Below, one piece after another: positions 45,701 through 56,877 of a stretch of DNA of 64,000 nucleotides; within the stretch, counting starts at the first letter, position 1, and every line of letters starts with the position of its first letter. The translations under genes were made by a program, and so were the position numbers. Origin of the DNA: Oscillospiraceae bacterium (lineage in GTDB: Bacteria > Bacillota > Clostridia > Saccharofermentanales > Saccharofermentanaceae); assembly GCA_045598705.1 (NCBI GenBank), contig JAZLMM010000046.1, positions 29,073 to 93,072 on the forward strand. Direction: 5' to 3'. A model generated the notes under the pieces. It saw nothing but the letters and a program-made list of their open reading frames with translations. It made no database searches and was not told the DNA's origin.

Positions 45701-46753
45701 TCAAGCCTTACAACTAGCAGATAGAACCAGTCTCTCACAGAGGTCTTCGTAAGAAATGTCAATGGCACGTGCTTCTTGAGGAATCAGACTGTTAGGTGTC
45801 ATGCCCGGAAGGTTGTTGGCCTCGAGGCAATAGAATGTATCGTCTTCTTCAGAAAGAATGAAGTCTACACGAGAGTAATTGCCAAGTCCGAGTGTGCGGT
45901 GTACGGCAACAGCCAGATCCTGCGCTTCTTTCGTCTTCTCGGAAGAGAGCACAGCCGGGCAGATCTCCTCGGTTGCATTGGCCTGATACTTGTTCTTATA
46001 GTCATAGAAGCCCTGCTTCGGGATGATCTCGATAATGGGCAGCGCCTGACCATCGAGTACGCCGATGGAGAATTCACGGCCGTGAATCATCTTCTCAACA
46101 AGGCAGAGTCTCTCGTATTTAGTGGAGTAGGTGATGGCTGCATCCCACTCAGATTCTTCGCAAACTATGGAGACGCCACAGGAGCTGCCGCAACCGATTG
46201 GCTTGACTACGCAGGGGAGACCAATGGTATTCTTCACATCCTCAATATTGTTTCTCTCCGGATCATAAATCATCCAAGGAGCAGTCGGAATGTTGAACTG
46301 CAGGAGCAGGGTCTTAGTCATATGCTTGTCCATGGCCATGGCACAACCGAGATAACCGGAGCCGGTATATGGGATATCGTAGCAGTCTAATACTGCCTGA
46401 AGACGACCATTCTCACCCATGCCGCCGTGACATCCGATGAATACTGCATCTGCTTGGTGGCAGAGCTCAATCACACCAGGACCGATTAGTGCTTGACGTC
46501 CGCCATTGGCAGCAATCAGCGCTGGAAGATCAGGTTCTTCTTCTGGAATTGAGTAGGAGAATGTCTTGCCGGAGCCGGGCTTGATAAAGCAGGCATCAAG
46601 ATTGGCTGCTTCCTCGTCGGATAGACCAACATATACGTCTGCGAAGGCCACCTCATGACCTTTGCTGAGCAATGCATTGGAAATTAAGCTTGCGGAGCAG
46701 AGTGAAACATCTCTTTCCGGGCTGATACCACCGGCTAATACTACTATTCTCAT
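45701..46753 (-). CDS. ddl: D-alanine--D-alanine ligase
   Basis: MRIVVLAGGISPERDVSL..., ATP-grasp blocks and EANNLPGMTPNSLIPQ. Confidence 0.9.
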   Translation of the reverse strand: MRIVVLAGGISPERDVSLCSASLISNALLSKGHEVAFADVYVGLSDEEAANLDACFIKPGSGKTFSYSIPEEEPDLPALIAANGGRQALIGPGVIELCHQADAVFIGCHGGMGENGRLQAVLDCYDIPYTGSGYLGCAMAMDKHMTKTLLLQFNIPTAPWMIYDPERNNIEDVKNTIGLPCVVKPIGCGSSCGVSIVCEESEWDAAITYSTKYERLCLVEKMIHGREFSIGVLDGQALPIIEIIPKQGFYDYKNKYQANATEEICPAVLSSEKTKEAQDLAVAVHRTLGLGNYSRVDFILSEEDDTFYCLEANNLPGMTPNSLIPQEARAIDISYEDLCERLVLSASCKA

Positions 46754-46983
46754 AGGATAATCCTCCTTTGATCAATCCAATCATGTGGGCGTTGCCGAGC
46801 ATCGCACGGCTTCCCCGAACAGAACGGGAGCTTGATTTGCTTCCGAATGCGAAATGATTATACACGATATTTAATGAAACGGCGTCAAATTCGAAGTATT
46901 TGTAATCAAAGAGTAGGATAAGACGTGACGTGTGAGTGCTTGAATGGTATGATAGTTGCGTATAAGTAGGTGGAGGATGCAAT

Positions 46984-49269
46984 ATGCTTGCTATTTTATA
47001 TCTCATCATTGCCATTTTCTTTGGCACGCAGTTAATTCGATTACTCATTCCGGATGTTCGACGTCTCTACGTGGGCATCGCGGCAGATCAACATACGTTG
47101 GAGAAAATACCAACGAGCCTGTTCCTCATTCCTGCAGGCACGCTGGTGGGTCTACTTCTAACGAGTTGGCTTACTTATTTTCTGGCCTACATCATGGCAC
47201 CCTATATTCCGGCTGACACCCCGACGATGCTGCCGGCAAACATAGTTGCGATGTGCCTCTTCTTATATTGCGGATGCCTGTTCTGGCAAAGATGCTTTGT
47301 TCGCAATTATCGAGCCTCCCAATCTGAAACCAAAACCAGGCGGCTCCCTGGATTCCGCAAGCATCCGGGTTCCATCATCTTCTACATCCTGTCTATCCTC
47401 CTTGTGATTAGTGCAGTGGCATTTGTCTATTTCTATACTTGCTTCACATCCGGTGACAACATTCGTCTCGGCTTCTCCATCTTCAGCGATTTCTCTCCAC
47501 ATGTGGCGATTACATCCGGCTTCGGTGTAGGTTCCAACTTCCCGACGCAGTATCCGCACTTTGCTGGTGACAATATCCAGTACCATTTCATGTTCTATTT
47601 CTTGACGGGTAATCTGGAAGCGCTCGGACTCCCACTTGTGTGGGCGATCAACCTGCCCTCAATCCTGTGCTTCGGAAGTGCACTGACGTTGCTTGGCACG
47701 TTGGCTGTTCTGTTGTCTTCCAGAAGATCCGCATTCTTCTTTGCACCGCTTCTCGTGTTATTCAGAAGTGGATGGAACGTATTCCATCAGATGAGTGAAC
47801 TCATGAGCGCACCAGGTGGTTCCTTCGAATCTGCCGTCAAAGCCATCATTCACCAGTCTGCTTGGTACGGATATACGATTCGAGATGAATGGGGAATCTG
47901 GGCGATTAACGTATATGCGAACCAGCGACACCTTGCTTTAGGTATAGGACTGGTTCTCGTGTTGATTTTCCTGTTCCTGCCACATTTCAGAAGAATGTTC
48001 CTACACCTTGGAAGAGAGAAACAATTCTCTGCCAAAGCCAAGAGATTCTTCATTTCCCGCGAAGCGTGGATTGCAAGAAAAGATGATCCACTCCGTCCAT
48101 GGGGGGCGATCATCTTGGGAAGTCTCATTGCATTGGCCATGCCTTTCTTCCACGGTTCATGCCTGATCTGTGCGTTGTTGGTGCTGTTCGGTATGGCTAT
48201 CTTCTCCGAGTTCCGTCTGGGGTATGCTGTGGTGGCGGCGGTTTCTGTATTGTCCGCTACGCTACAGGCAAGTTTTTTTGCCGGCGGCGCATCAAATGTC
48301 GCGAGTTTCAAGTATTACTTCGGATTCGTGATTCCTGAATTGGAAGGGAAGAATAAGATGGGGCTTAGTGGTGTGCTGAATGCTACCGGAACCGTCATAT
48401 CTTATCTTCTGAAGATGGGATTCTTGACGGTGATCATCCCGGCTGCCCTTTTCTTGGGCCTGCTGATCTACGAATTGATCCGGAAAAAGAACCCGTACCG
48501 TTCCTTCCTGCTGATCACATTCTCATTCCCGCTGATCTTCGCATTCTATTGCCAGGTTTCCTTGGAAGTCCTTGCGAACCATAAGTTCATCCAGGTGAGC
48601 TTCATTCTCTTCGATATTCTGATTGCAGGTGTACTTGCCAATCTTCTGGCACTGCCTATCAAGATAAAAGAGAAACTTGACGAGAAGACACAAGAAGAAC
48701 TTCAGGCAGAGGATGAGAAAAAAGTCGCGAAGAAGCAGGGGCCGGCACTTCCGAAGAAGGCGTTCATCCCAGTTCAGATTGTGTCCACGATTGTCTGCTT
48801 GTGCCTGACTTTCGGTCTCATAGCAACCGGTATCAGTGAATGGTGTATCTACTATAATCTCAACACTCATAAGGGCGGATTTGTAGAACTTCACACGGAA
48901 GCGCCAATTGCTGAATGGATAGAGAAGAATACGAAAGAAGATGCAATCTTCCTGACTCCAATGTGGTCCGTGAATGACTTCTTCTTGAGCGGACGCCGAG
49001 TGTACTACGGATGGCCGTATTTCGCTTGGTCTGCCGGACACGATACGACCACCAGACAGATCAATTACCAATGGCTATTGGCCGGCGCGAACGGCAACAT
49101 CGACGAATTCCGCCGTTACTGTGCGGAAGTCGGGATTCAGTATGTCATTGCAAGCAATGATTACTACGGAAACACGGAAACCAGTGATTTCTATAATCCG
49201 GATTTCTTTGCCGAGAATCTGACAGAAGTGGCATTTTTCGAAGACGGCACAATCATCTATCAGGTGTAA
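46984..49269 (+). CDS. Large polytopic membrane protein (GT-C / glycosyltransferase-39-like?), unknown function
   Basis: 761 aa with at least 12 predicted TM helices and a soluble C-terminal ~150-aa domain. The family is not recognised with confidence. Confidence 0.6.
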   Translation: MLAILYLIIAIFFGTQLIRLLIPDVRRLYVGIAADQHTLEKIPTSLFLIPAGTLVGLLLTSWLTYFLAYIMAPYIPADTPTMLPANIVAMCLFLYCGCLFWQRCFVRNYRASQSETKTRRLPGFRKHPGSIIFYILSILLVISAVAFVYFYTCFTSGDNIRLGFSIFSDFSPHVAITSGFGVGSNFPTQYPHFAGDNIQYHFMFYFLTGNLEALGLPLVWAINLPSILCFGSALTLLGTLAVLLSSRRSAFFFAPLLVLFRSGWNVFHQMSELMSAPGGSFESAVKAIIHQSAWYGYTIRDEWGIWAINVYANQRHLALGIGLVLVLIFLFLPHFRRMFLHLGREKQFSAKAKRFFISREAWIARKDDPLRPWGAIILGSLIALAMPFFHGSCLICALLVLFGMAIFSEFRLGYAVVAAVSVLSATLQASFFAGGASNVASFKYYFGFVIPELEGKNKMGLSGVLNATGTVISYLLKMGFLTVIIPAALFLGLLIYELIRKKNPYRSFLLITFSFPLIFAFYCQVSLEVLANHKFIQVSFILFDILIAGVLANLLALPIKIKEKLDEKTQEELQAEDEKKVAKKQGPALPKKAFIPVQIVSTIVCLCLTFGLIATGISEWCIYYNLNTHKGGFVELHTEAPIAEWIEKNTKEDAIFLTPMWSVNDFFLSGRRVYYGWPYFAWSAGHDTTTRQINYQWLLAGANGNIDEFRRYCAEVGIQYVIASNDYYGNTETSDFYNPDFFAENLTEVAFFEDGTIIYQV

Positions 49270-49274
49270 TCGGG

Positions 49275-50576
49275 ATGGAGAAGCAACCCTATGACGTGAT
49301 CGTAATTGGTGGCGGGCCGGCTGGTATGATGGCTGCAATCTGTGCGGCTTCGGACGGCGCAAGCGTGCTCCTTCTTGAACGAAATGTATCATTAGGTAAG
49401 AAACTTCTGCTAACCGGCCACGGCCGTTGCAACATTACAAATACCCAGGCGCTGGAGAGACTTTCTGAGAAATATTTCGAACAGGGGAGATTTCTTAATA
49501 GTGAATTCCACCGCTTCTCCCCAGAACGGATTAGAGAGATCTTTGAGGAATGGGGCGTTCCGACCCACGAGGAAGAAAATGGACGAATCTTCCCGGATTC
49601 ACAGAAGTCAAAGTCGGTACTTGATGCACTGCTCCAGACGATACAGGCGTCGAAGATTGAAGTGCATTGCAGTGAAGCCGTGCAGGCTCTATATAAGGAG
49701 AAGGAAAACTGGAAAGTTGTCACGGAAGAAGACTTCCATTATGCGCCTTCTGTTGTGCTAGCTTGCGGCGGGAAAGCCTTCCCTCAGACCGGCTCAACCG
49801 GTGACGGCTTGCGCTTGGCATCCAAAGTCGGTCATACGATTCAACCAGTAGTTCCAGCTTTGGCGCCCATCCTGATACGAGCAGAATCTGGCGTGGCCAC
49901 GCTCTCTGGTATCACGCTTCCCGATGTTGCGCTGAAATTAATGGTGGAAGATAAGAAAATCGCACAAAGTGAAGGGGAGCTACTCTTTACGCATCAAGGC
50001 TTCAGTGGCCCTTCTGCGATGCGCCTTTCACGCTATCTGCCTGAACCAGAGAATGCAGAATGTTATCGAAATGGACAAGTCAAAGTGGTGGTGAATATGC
50101 TTCCGAAGTGCCAACAGACCGAGCTGGATGAACATTTGATCCTGGCCATGAACGCATCACCGAATCGGCCAATACGAAAAATCGTCAAAGAGATCAGTGG
50201 CCTACCGGAGCGTGTCGTGGATTATGTTCTTGGAGAGGATGTGCGGGAACTTCTTTGCCATGAGGTGACCAAAGTGGCGCGTAGAACAATTCTTCGTAAC
50301 TTACAGGAGAGTGTTTCTACCATAGAAAAACCGGCAAGCTGGGAGACTGCTTATGTAACACGTGGCGGTGTCAGCCTGAAAGAGATCCAACCGAAGACGA
50401 TGGAATCGAAGTGTCAGGCCGGGCTTTTCTTCGCAGGTGAGATCATGGATATTGACGGAGACTCCGGAGGATTTAATCTTCAACATGCGTGGGCCAGCGG
50501 GGCCATCGCAGGTCACAGCTGTAGCACGCTCAGCAGAATGCCACAGACGATAATGGATGCACAGAACATTCGATAA
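49275..50576 (+). CDS. HI0933/BaiN-like FAD-dependent oxidoreductase
   Basis: YDVIVIGGGPAGMMAAI dinucleotide fold, GRCNITN, and GGFNLQHAWASG near the C-terminus. Confidence 0.85.
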   Translation: MEKQPYDVIVIGGGPAGMMAAICAASDGASVLLLERNVSLGKKLLLTGHGRCNITNTQALERLSEKYFEQGRFLNSEFHRFSPERIREIFEEWGVPTHEEENGRIFPDSQKSKSVLDALLQTIQASKIEVHCSEAVQALYKEKENWKVVTEEDFHYAPSVVLACGGKAFPQTGSTGDGLRLASKVGHTIQPVVPALAPILIRAESGVATLSGITLPDVALKLMVEDKKIAQSEGELLFTHQGFSGPSAMRLSRYLPEPENAECYRNGQVKVVVNMLPKCQQTELDEHLILAMNASPNRPIRKIVKEISGLPERVVDYVLGEDVRELLCHEVTKVARRTILRNLQESVSTIEKPASWETAYVTRGGVSLKEIQPKTMESKCQAGLFFAGEIMDIDGDSGGFNLQHAWASGAIAGHSCSTLSRMPQTIMDAQNIR

Positions 50577-51457
50577 GCGATGTTTTTCTCATGGAAGACG
50601 AATTTACCACCTAGAATGGTGACAAAGCAGGCACTTTGCTTGACTACAGTCATGACGGTGACACGACTGGAAGAATCTGCATTCGCGATGAAAAGCGCAG
50701 CATCTCCAATGACGAACATGATGGCCATAAGCCAGATCCAGCCATTCTTAAGCGTCTCTTTGCGAATCTTTGTCTTCGTGACGAATACATAGATCAGATA
50801 GAAGACGACTAGGAAAAACATGTACCAGAACTGCATCTGGGAACTGTTGATGTCCTTCATGAGAATCTTATCCAGAAGTCCGGATACTGAATTGAAGACA
50901 CATGAGGCGAAGGCCATGATAACGAATTTGGGCGGAATATGTCCTGCCTCAACGGCGGACGGAGAGACTTGTACATCCTCGGATGCATCTTCAGGAAGTG
51001 GGTCGGATGATGAAGGGACTATCGCTTCTTTAGTTGCGACGGATTGGCGTCCGGTAATCTTAAACTTGAGCGCCAGGAGACCGAAAGCTACGAGGGCAAG
51101 CCCGAGCATCTGGTTCCACATGAGGACTTCGTGGAAAACGATCACACCGAAGAAGGTGCCAAGCAAAACACGCGAGAGATCCAATACGCCGTAGAGACTG
51201 ACGGGCAGATGTTTCAACGCATGGAAGCCAAGAATCCAAGCGAGGAAGATCGAGAAGGATTTGATGAGAATCAATCCATAGTATCGAGGAGCCATGCCGA
51301 GTGCATGGGGGAATCTTGGAATGACGATGAGAAAAGCGATGATGGTGTAGACCAGAAGTACTTCTATGACCGAATTCTTGTCCATGGCTTTCTTCTTGCT
51401 GATCTCACGGCCACCTTTGAGGAGTCCATACGTTAATGTGAGCAGGATCCAAATCAT
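50513..51457 (-). CDS. EamA/DMT-family transporter
   Basis: About 314 aa with ten hydrophobic helices in two halves separated by a short acidic linker. Start trimmed to ATG 51457 (MIWILLTLTYGLLKG). Confidence 0.75.
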   Translation of the reverse strand: MIWILLTLTYGLLKGGREISKKKAMDKNSVIEVLLVYTIIAFLIVIPRFPHALGMAPRYYGLILIKSFSIFLAWILGFHALKHLPVSLYGVLDLSRVLLGTFFGVIVFHEVLMWNQMLGLALVAFGLLALKFKITGRQSVATKEAIVPSSSDPLPEDASEDVQVSPSAVEAGHIPPKFVIMAFASCVFNSVSGLLDKILMKDINSSQMQFWYMFFLVVFYLIYVFVTKTKIRKETLKNGWIWLMAIMFVIGDAALFIANADSSSRVTVMTVVKQSACFVTILGGKFVFHEKNIAYRMFCASIIVCGILLSVLQL

Positions 51458-51743
51458 AATTTCACGTTGCCTTTCTGCTGGGGGATTCACATGTCCGATA
51501 CCAAGAATAATCTAGGCGTCGCTTGGTTGTAAATGGAAATCGTATTGTCAAAGTGACGAAATCACGATGGTTTTGCACCATTGCATCATTCTGGGACAAG
51601 TGTCGGAATTTCTTTACAAACATGGCAAAAAAGAGGGCCTGCGAAGTAGAACGTCAAATTTTTGTGCAGGTTAAATGTATCGAAAATGATTGCTTTGTGA
51701 TACTATATGAAAATACGAACGTGTATGTAATACGGAGATTAGT

Positions 51744-53663
51744 ATGAAAAAGCCTGAGAACGTCCGATACGAGAACCAGTTTTACAGACCGCGCAGAGTC
51801 AATAACAATGGTCTGTACATTCTTTTTGCTGTGACCGCATTGTTGATCGTTTCAACAATTATTCTCGCTGTTGTGACTTATAAGAAAACGAAGAAGACAT
51901 TAGACGAACCGACTTCAGTTACATCTACTGAAGCAACGGTTACAAATGAGAATGGTGAGACAGTCGACAGTTCTACAATCGTAGTTGTCACACCGACACC
52001 TACACAGGCGCCGACGATCGAGTCTTACCAGAATCCGGTTCTTTATCCTGCTACTGCGCAGATGAATGTACAGATGGGCACACCCATCGCTGAATGTCTG
52101 CCTTCTTCACGTGGCGTGACGCAGGTAGTGTACCGCGGTCAGGGAGATGAGAAAGTGACCGACTTCCACCGCCCTGACGAGATTCATTTCGGTGATCCGC
52201 TGAACTACCAACAGGTGGGTGGTATCCTGACATTCCGTGGTACGAACTTCCGTAACTGCGCGTCTTGGGGTTCTTTTTCCATAGATCCTTCCAAAGAACA
52301 GCACCTCGAGCAGATCTGGGAATTTGATGAACTGCAGTGGAAGAAGTCTTCTGGGTGGTCATTCTCGTGGAGTGGTACCGGTTGGACCGGACAACCTCTG
52401 GCTGTGAAGTGGCCGGCTGAGACACGTGTTCTGATGAACATGTATCCGGATAAGAAGAACAAAGAGAACTTGACAGAGGTGATCATCGCGACTATGGACG
52501 GTCATGTCTACTTCTTTGACTTGGAAGATGGACAGAAGACCCGTGATCCGATTAATGTAGGTGCAACCATCAAGGGTACGGCGGCCGTTGACCCGCGTGG
52601 TTATCCGCTTCTCTATGTCGGTCAGGGCGACGATAATGGTGAGAAGGGCCAGATTGGTTTCCGTATTTATAGTCTCTTGAATGGCGAACTGCTCTATTTC
52701 CAGTGCGGCCTCGATTCCCGTGCGTATCGTAGCACTTGGGGCGCATGTGATTCTTCTCCGATCATTAGCGGTGAGACAGATACGTTGATCTATCCGAACG
52801 AGAACGGTATGATCTATACCCTTAAACTGAATACGAATTACAATCCCGGAACTGGCACAATTACGATCAATCCGGAACAGTATGTCTATAAATACATTTT
52901 CGATGACCTAAGCGGCAGTCAGCTGGGTATCGAGAGTTCTATGGCGATCTACGATCACTATGGATACTGCACGGATAATGCAGGTGATCTAATTTGTATT
53001 GACCTGAATACGCTCCAGATGATCTGGTCCAGAAGACTGGATGACGACTCGGATGTCACGCCGGTCCTTGAAGAAGATAATGGGCATGTGTACCTCTACA
53101 CCGGTACGGAAGTTGACTGGCAGAAGGATATTGTCGGCAATTACCAGGGTGCAGCATTTACTTATAAGATCGATGCAATGACCGGTGAGATCGTATGGCA
53201 GACTTCACAGGATTGCTGGACCAAGAACGCTGCCAATTCCGGTGATGATGTCAACGGTGGCGTGCTGGGTACTGCAGTCATTGGAAAGGGTGCCATCTCG
53301 AATCTGGTAATCTTCCCATATTGCATGACTAATGGTACTTCTTCCGGTAACTGCCTAGTTGCATACGATAAGAATACGGGCAATCAGGTCTGGAGATACG
53401 ACATGAAGATGTACTCTTGGAGTTCACCTGTTGATATCTACGATGATCAGGGAAATCCTTACATCGTGATTTGTGATAGCTATGGCCAGGTCCATCTCGT
53501 GGACCCTGTGAAAGGTGAACGTGTGTGCTACATTAAGATGGAGCGTGCTAGTGGCGTGCCGGAGGATGGGACGCATAATGTCGAGTCTTCACCGATCGTT
53601 GTGGACGGCATTATGGTTGTCGGCACACGAGGTAATACAATCTTTGGAGTGAAGATCTCGTGA
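51744..53663 (+). CDS. Membrane-anchored PQQ-like beta-propeller repeat protein
   Basis: N-terminal TM segment, a T/V-rich linker, then repeated motifs (DGHVYFFDLEDG, MIWSRRLDD, GEIVWQ, NQVWRYDM, GQVHLVDP) typical of PQQ_2/BamB-like propellers. Confidence 0.7.
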   Translation: MKKPENVRYENQFYRPRRVNNNGLYILFAVTALLIVSTIILAVVTYKKTKKTLDEPTSVTSTEATVTNENGETVDSSTIVVVTPTPTQAPTIESYQNPVLYPATAQMNVQMGTPIAECLPSSRGVTQVVYRGQGDEKVTDFHRPDEIHFGDPLNYQQVGGILTFRGTNFRNCASWGSFSIDPSKEQHLEQIWEFDELQWKKSSGWSFSWSGTGWTGQPLAVKWPAETRVLMNMYPDKKNKENLTEVIIATMDGHVYFFDLEDGQKTRDPINVGATIKGTAAVDPRGYPLLYVGQGDDNGEKGQIGFRIYSLLNGELLYFQCGLDSRAYRSTWGACDSSPIISGETDTLIYPNENGMIYTLKLNTNYNPGTGTITINPEQYVYKYIFDDLSGSQLGIESSMAIYDHYGYCTDNAGDLICIDLNTLQMIWSRRLDDDSDVTPVLEEDNGHVYLYTGTEVDWQKDIVGNYQGAAFTYKIDAMTGEIVWQTSQDCWTKNAANSGDDVNGGVLGTAVIGKGAISNLVIFPYCMTNGTSSGNCLVAYDKNTGNQVWRYDMKMYSWSSPVDIYDDQGNPYIVICDSYGQVHLVDPVKGERVCYIKMERASGVPEDGTHNVESSPIVVDGIMVVGTRGNTIFGVKIS

Positions 53664-54127
53664 GTAAACATGTAACGGATGAAGTAATTTGGATGAATGA
53701 GGCGTTGTCCATGAGCGAGAAGAAACACGATTACGCAGATATTGTGGCGATTGAGACGGAGCTTTCCGGCTATCGCCGTGGAAGCCTTCGCGCGACCATC
53801 GATCTGATTCAGAATCGAATCGCTTGGGTGGACACGCATATGTGGAATAACGACTTTGTACGAGCGCTCTCACCGGATATGGTTGCATATATTCGTGAGA
53901 TGCTTCCGGAGACACAATTGCTCTCTTGGGCTTCGGACTATGCGAAGGGGATCGGTAACATCATGGGATCTATGACTTCTTCTTTCCCACAAGATTGGTC
54001 CGTAGCAATCTGCTTCTCCGATGGAGAGATTCTCAAAGCATGCGGCGTCAGTAGCTTCCCACAACAGTGGGGCGCCTACCGACGCTTGATCGAGGCAGTA
54101 GCCAAGACTTCGTTCCGCCTGCGCTAA
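53660..54127 (+). CDS. Hypothetical protein
   Basis: 155 aa. A GTG start overlaps the upstream stop (GTGA). No recognisable motifs. Confidence 0.5.
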   Translation: MSKHVTDEVIWMNEALSMSEKKHDYADIVAIETELSGYRRGSLRATIDLIQNRIAWVDTHMWNNDFVRALSPDMVAYIREMLPETQLLSWASDYAKGIGNIMGSMTSSFPQDWSVAICFSDGEILKACGVSSFPQQWGAYRRLIEAVAKTSFRLR

Positions 54128-54162
54128 CGATTTACCACACATTGATTTGATACTTTATATTC

Positions 54163-54190
54163 GGGGAGACAACATAAGTCTCCTCTTTTT
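54163..54190 (+). terminator. Rho-independent terminator
   Basis: GGGGAGAC / GTCTCCTC stem followed by a T5 run. Confidence 0.7.
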
Positions 54191-54283
54191 GTATCTTCGG
54201 CAGAGTGGAGCGTGACGAATGTGTGCTTTTCTGATACAATATGTTCGGTATTTTATCGAAAGATGATCGGAAAGGAGAAACAA

Positions 54284-54886
54284 GTGGATTACCTCGAAGG
54301 ACTTTTACTAGGACGTCTTTGGAGTGATACGGATTTTGAGAACCGTAGACACTTGTCTTTGTTCCTCCTCTACGGGGTTTTTGTAGACCTCCTCGTGATC
54401 TATAACTACCTTACCGGTGGCCTGAATGGTCTGATTACCGGTTCTTTCCTCACAAAGATCATCATCTTCATTGTGCTCTTTTTCTTAGGACCGGCGATAT
54501 GCTTCTCATATTACCGAATGCCCATTTGGGGCAAAATACCTGTTCTTGCGGTCCAATTTGTGAAATATGGTTCGCTTACTTTACTGATTACAGCATGGGC
54601 TCGCCCGAAACTTTCAGTCTCTTTTGGTGACTTGCGCGAGTTCTTGATTTCATATTTAAACCAGACACTGGAACGTTTTACGGAGAAATATGTAGATACT
54701 GCAGGTACTTTTGCCACAGTATTAGGTGTCATCTCCGGCGGGGTATATGTAGTTGTCGTCTTCGTACTGATTGTCCTTGCGGCGGTATTGATTCCCGGAA
54801 TTGTTTACTGTGTCGCAAGATTTTTACAATACTGGTATGACAAAGTTGTCAGCATGCTGGTGCTGACCGATGATACCGAGAAGTAA
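54284..54886 (+). CDS. Hypothetical membrane protein (4-5 TM)
   Basis: GTG 54284 lies 6 nt after AAGGAG (54272-77). The track start 54212 lacks an RBS. Confidence 0.55.
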   Translation: MDYLEGLLLGRLWSDTDFENRRHLSLFLLYGVFVDLLVIYNYLTGGLNGLITGSFLTKIIIFIVLFFLGPAICFSYYRMPIWGKIPVLAVQFVKYGSLTLLITAWARPKLSVSFGDLREFLISYLNQTLERFTEKYVDTAGTFATVLGVISGGVYVVVVFVLIVLAAVLIPGIVYCVARFLQYWYDKVVSMLVLTDDTEK

Positions 54887-54903
54887 GATAGGAGAACGAT
54901 AAA

Positions 54904-55911
54904 ATGGCTAATTTATCAGATAAGATTCAGGTTTCAGTAGAAGACCTGGAAGAGATGCTTGGCGTTTTTGGACTTCCAGAGTTCATCTCCAAGGCAGAAG
55001 CTCGCTTCATAAGACAGACAGAGGAGATCGCACAGGAAGTTGCGTGCAAGCCGCAGATCAAAGTGGTGTTTGTATCCGGCCCAACTTCATCCGGCAAAAC
55101 CACTTTCACAGACCGTTTAGTATCTCAATTGCAGCGACATGGGAAGCAGGCCATCCGCCTTTCCCTGGATGATTACTATAGCCTGAATGTGCTTCGTTTC
55201 GATGAGGATGGAAGACCAGACTTCGAGAGCGCAGATACCCTGGATTTAAGACTGGCAAGCATCGACTTGGCTCGATTGGTCAGTGGTGACGAAGTGAAGA
55301 CACCGGTATTTGACTTCGTGGCACGTACACGTGTGGAGTCGGAAGAACAACCGCTTTCTATCGGAAAAGATGGTGTAGTGGTCGTGGAAGGTCTCCATGG
55401 CCTTTGTGAAGAGACGACAGGTAGTTTCGAGAGAGATCAGTATTTAGGCGTGTTCATCATGCCGTATGCTTCAGTTATGGCGGATAGCAGACTTCTTGAT
55501 AGTGACGACTTACGTATGCTGCGCCGTATCGTTCGTGATGTGCGCCATCGTGGTGCCCATGCGTTGACTACCATTGACTACTGGCCAATGATTCAGAATT
55601 CGGAGCAGCAGTACTATCGTGATTATCTGACACGTGCGGATTATCACGTCAATTCTTTCCTTGCTTACGAACCACTTGTTATCGCGGCTCTTGGAAGACG
55701 CGATATTTCCGAAGCGCTGTCGGCTTATGAGCAGGGGCTTCTTGCGCCGTCTGTCTTCATGGAACGTAGTAATATGAAGAAGGACTTTGCGGATATTGAG
55801 AAGGCTGTCGCCAAGGCAAGAATGTTGGTTGCATGGCTGGAACAGATTCCACAGGCCCGAGAGACTTTCGTCCCGAAGACTTCCATCTTGAATGAGTTCT
55901 TGTGTCTGTAA
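54904..55911 (+). CDS. Uridine kinase / PRK-family P-loop nucleoside kinase-like protein
   Basis: [15 protein letters not shown]-loop, VVVEGLHG and [12 protein letters not shown]. Confidence 0.7.
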   Translation: MANLSDKIQVSVEDLEEMLGVFGLPEFISKAEARFIRQTEEIAQEVACKPQIKVVFVSGPTSSGKTTFTDRLVSQLQRHGKQAIRLSLDDYYSLNVLRFDEDGRPDFESADTLDLRLASIDLARLVSGDEVKTPVFDFVARTRVESEEQPLSIGKDGVVVVEGLHGLCEETTGSFERDQYLGVFIMPYASVMADSRLLDSDDLRMLRRIVRDVRHRGAHALTTIDYWPMIQNSEQQYYRDYLTRADYHVNSFLAYEPLVIAALGRRDISEALSAYEQGLLAPSVFMERSNMKKDFADIEKAVAKARMLVAWLEQIPQARETFVPKTSILNEFLCL

Positions 55912-55927
55912 GGGGGGGGAGCGCGAA

Positions 55928-56863
55928 ATGCCAATTCGAATTCCGAATAATCTTCCTGCAACAGGAATCCTTGAGAAAGAACGCATCTTCGTTATGACAG
56001 AAGATCGAGCATATATGCAGGATATCCGTCCATTGCATCTTCTGATTCTGAACCTGATGCCGAATAAGATTGCAACGGAAACACAGTTGCTTCGTGCGCT
56101 GTCCAATTCCCCGCTTCAGGTAAATATTGATTTGCTTTATACCGCTTCTTACCATCCGAAGCACACCACGACAGAGCATCTGGTTCGTTTCTACGAGACT
56201 TTTGCCGATGTCAAGGAGCGCTTCTACGATGGCATGATCATTACCGGCGCGCCGGTAGAATTGATGGATTTTGAGGAAGTGGCCTATTGGAAAGAACTCT
56301 GCGAGATCATGGAGTGGAGCAAGACACATGTATATTCGACACTTCATATCTGTTGGGGCGCTCAGGCCGGGCTTTACTACCATTACGGTATCCCGAAGTA
56401 TAACCTGCCTGCGAAGATCTTTGGCGTGTTCGAGCACAGTATGACCTACACGAAGCCTGTGAAACTTTTCCGTGGATTTGATGACTTCTTCTATGTGCCA
56501 CATTCCCGTCATACCGAAGTGCGTAAAGAGGATATTGAGCGCAACCCGAGTCTGCGTATTCTTTCTGAATCCGATGAATGTGGTGTGTATGCAGTGTCCG
56601 ACCTGTCTGGGCGACAGATCTTCATTACAGGACATTCTGAGTACGATGTGAACACTTTGCGAGATGAATATTTCCGTGATGTAAATAAGGGCCTAGATAT
56701 TCAGGTGCCGAAGAACTATTTCCCGAATGATGATCCGACGAAGGAACCACATATGAAGTGGCGCTCCAGTTCGACACTGCTGTTCATGAACTGGCTGAAC
56801 TACTACGTATATCAGGAGACACCTTTCGACATCTCTACAATCAGCGAAGTGCCAAAGAAGTGA
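55928..56863 (+). CDS. metA: Homoserine O-acyltransferase MetA
   Basis: [11 protein letters not shown]...[38 protein letters not shown] and HSRHTEV. Confidence 0.9.
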   Translation: MPIRIPNNLPATGILEKERIFVMTEDRAYMQDIRPLHLLILNLMPNKIATETQLLRALSNSPLQVNIDLLYTASYHPKHTTTEHLVRFYETFADVKERFYDGMIITGAPVELMDFEEVAYWKELCEIMEWSKTHVYSTLHICWGAQAGLYYHYGIPKYNLPAKIFGVFEHSMTYTKPVKLFRGFDDFFYVPHSRHTEVRKEDIERNPSLRILSESDECGVYAVSDLSGRQIFITGHSEYDVNTLRDEYFRDVNKGLDIQVPKNYFPNDDPTKEPHMKWRSSSTLLFMNWLNYYVYQETPFDISTISEVPKK

Positions 56864-56877
56864 CGGGGGTGCATGAC

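Noticed and set aside
55757-56635. 292-aa minus-strand ORF. The same applies to 6084-6743, 33602-34291, 34313-35059, 32133-32588, 43120-43743, 48523-49071 and other long antisense ORFs.
   Set aside because: All lie entirely inside confidently identified genes on the opposite strand (metA, the ABC ATPase/permease, EF-G, the coiled-coil gene, glnA and the membrane protein). They have odd composition (Cys/His/Arg-rich) and no RBS.
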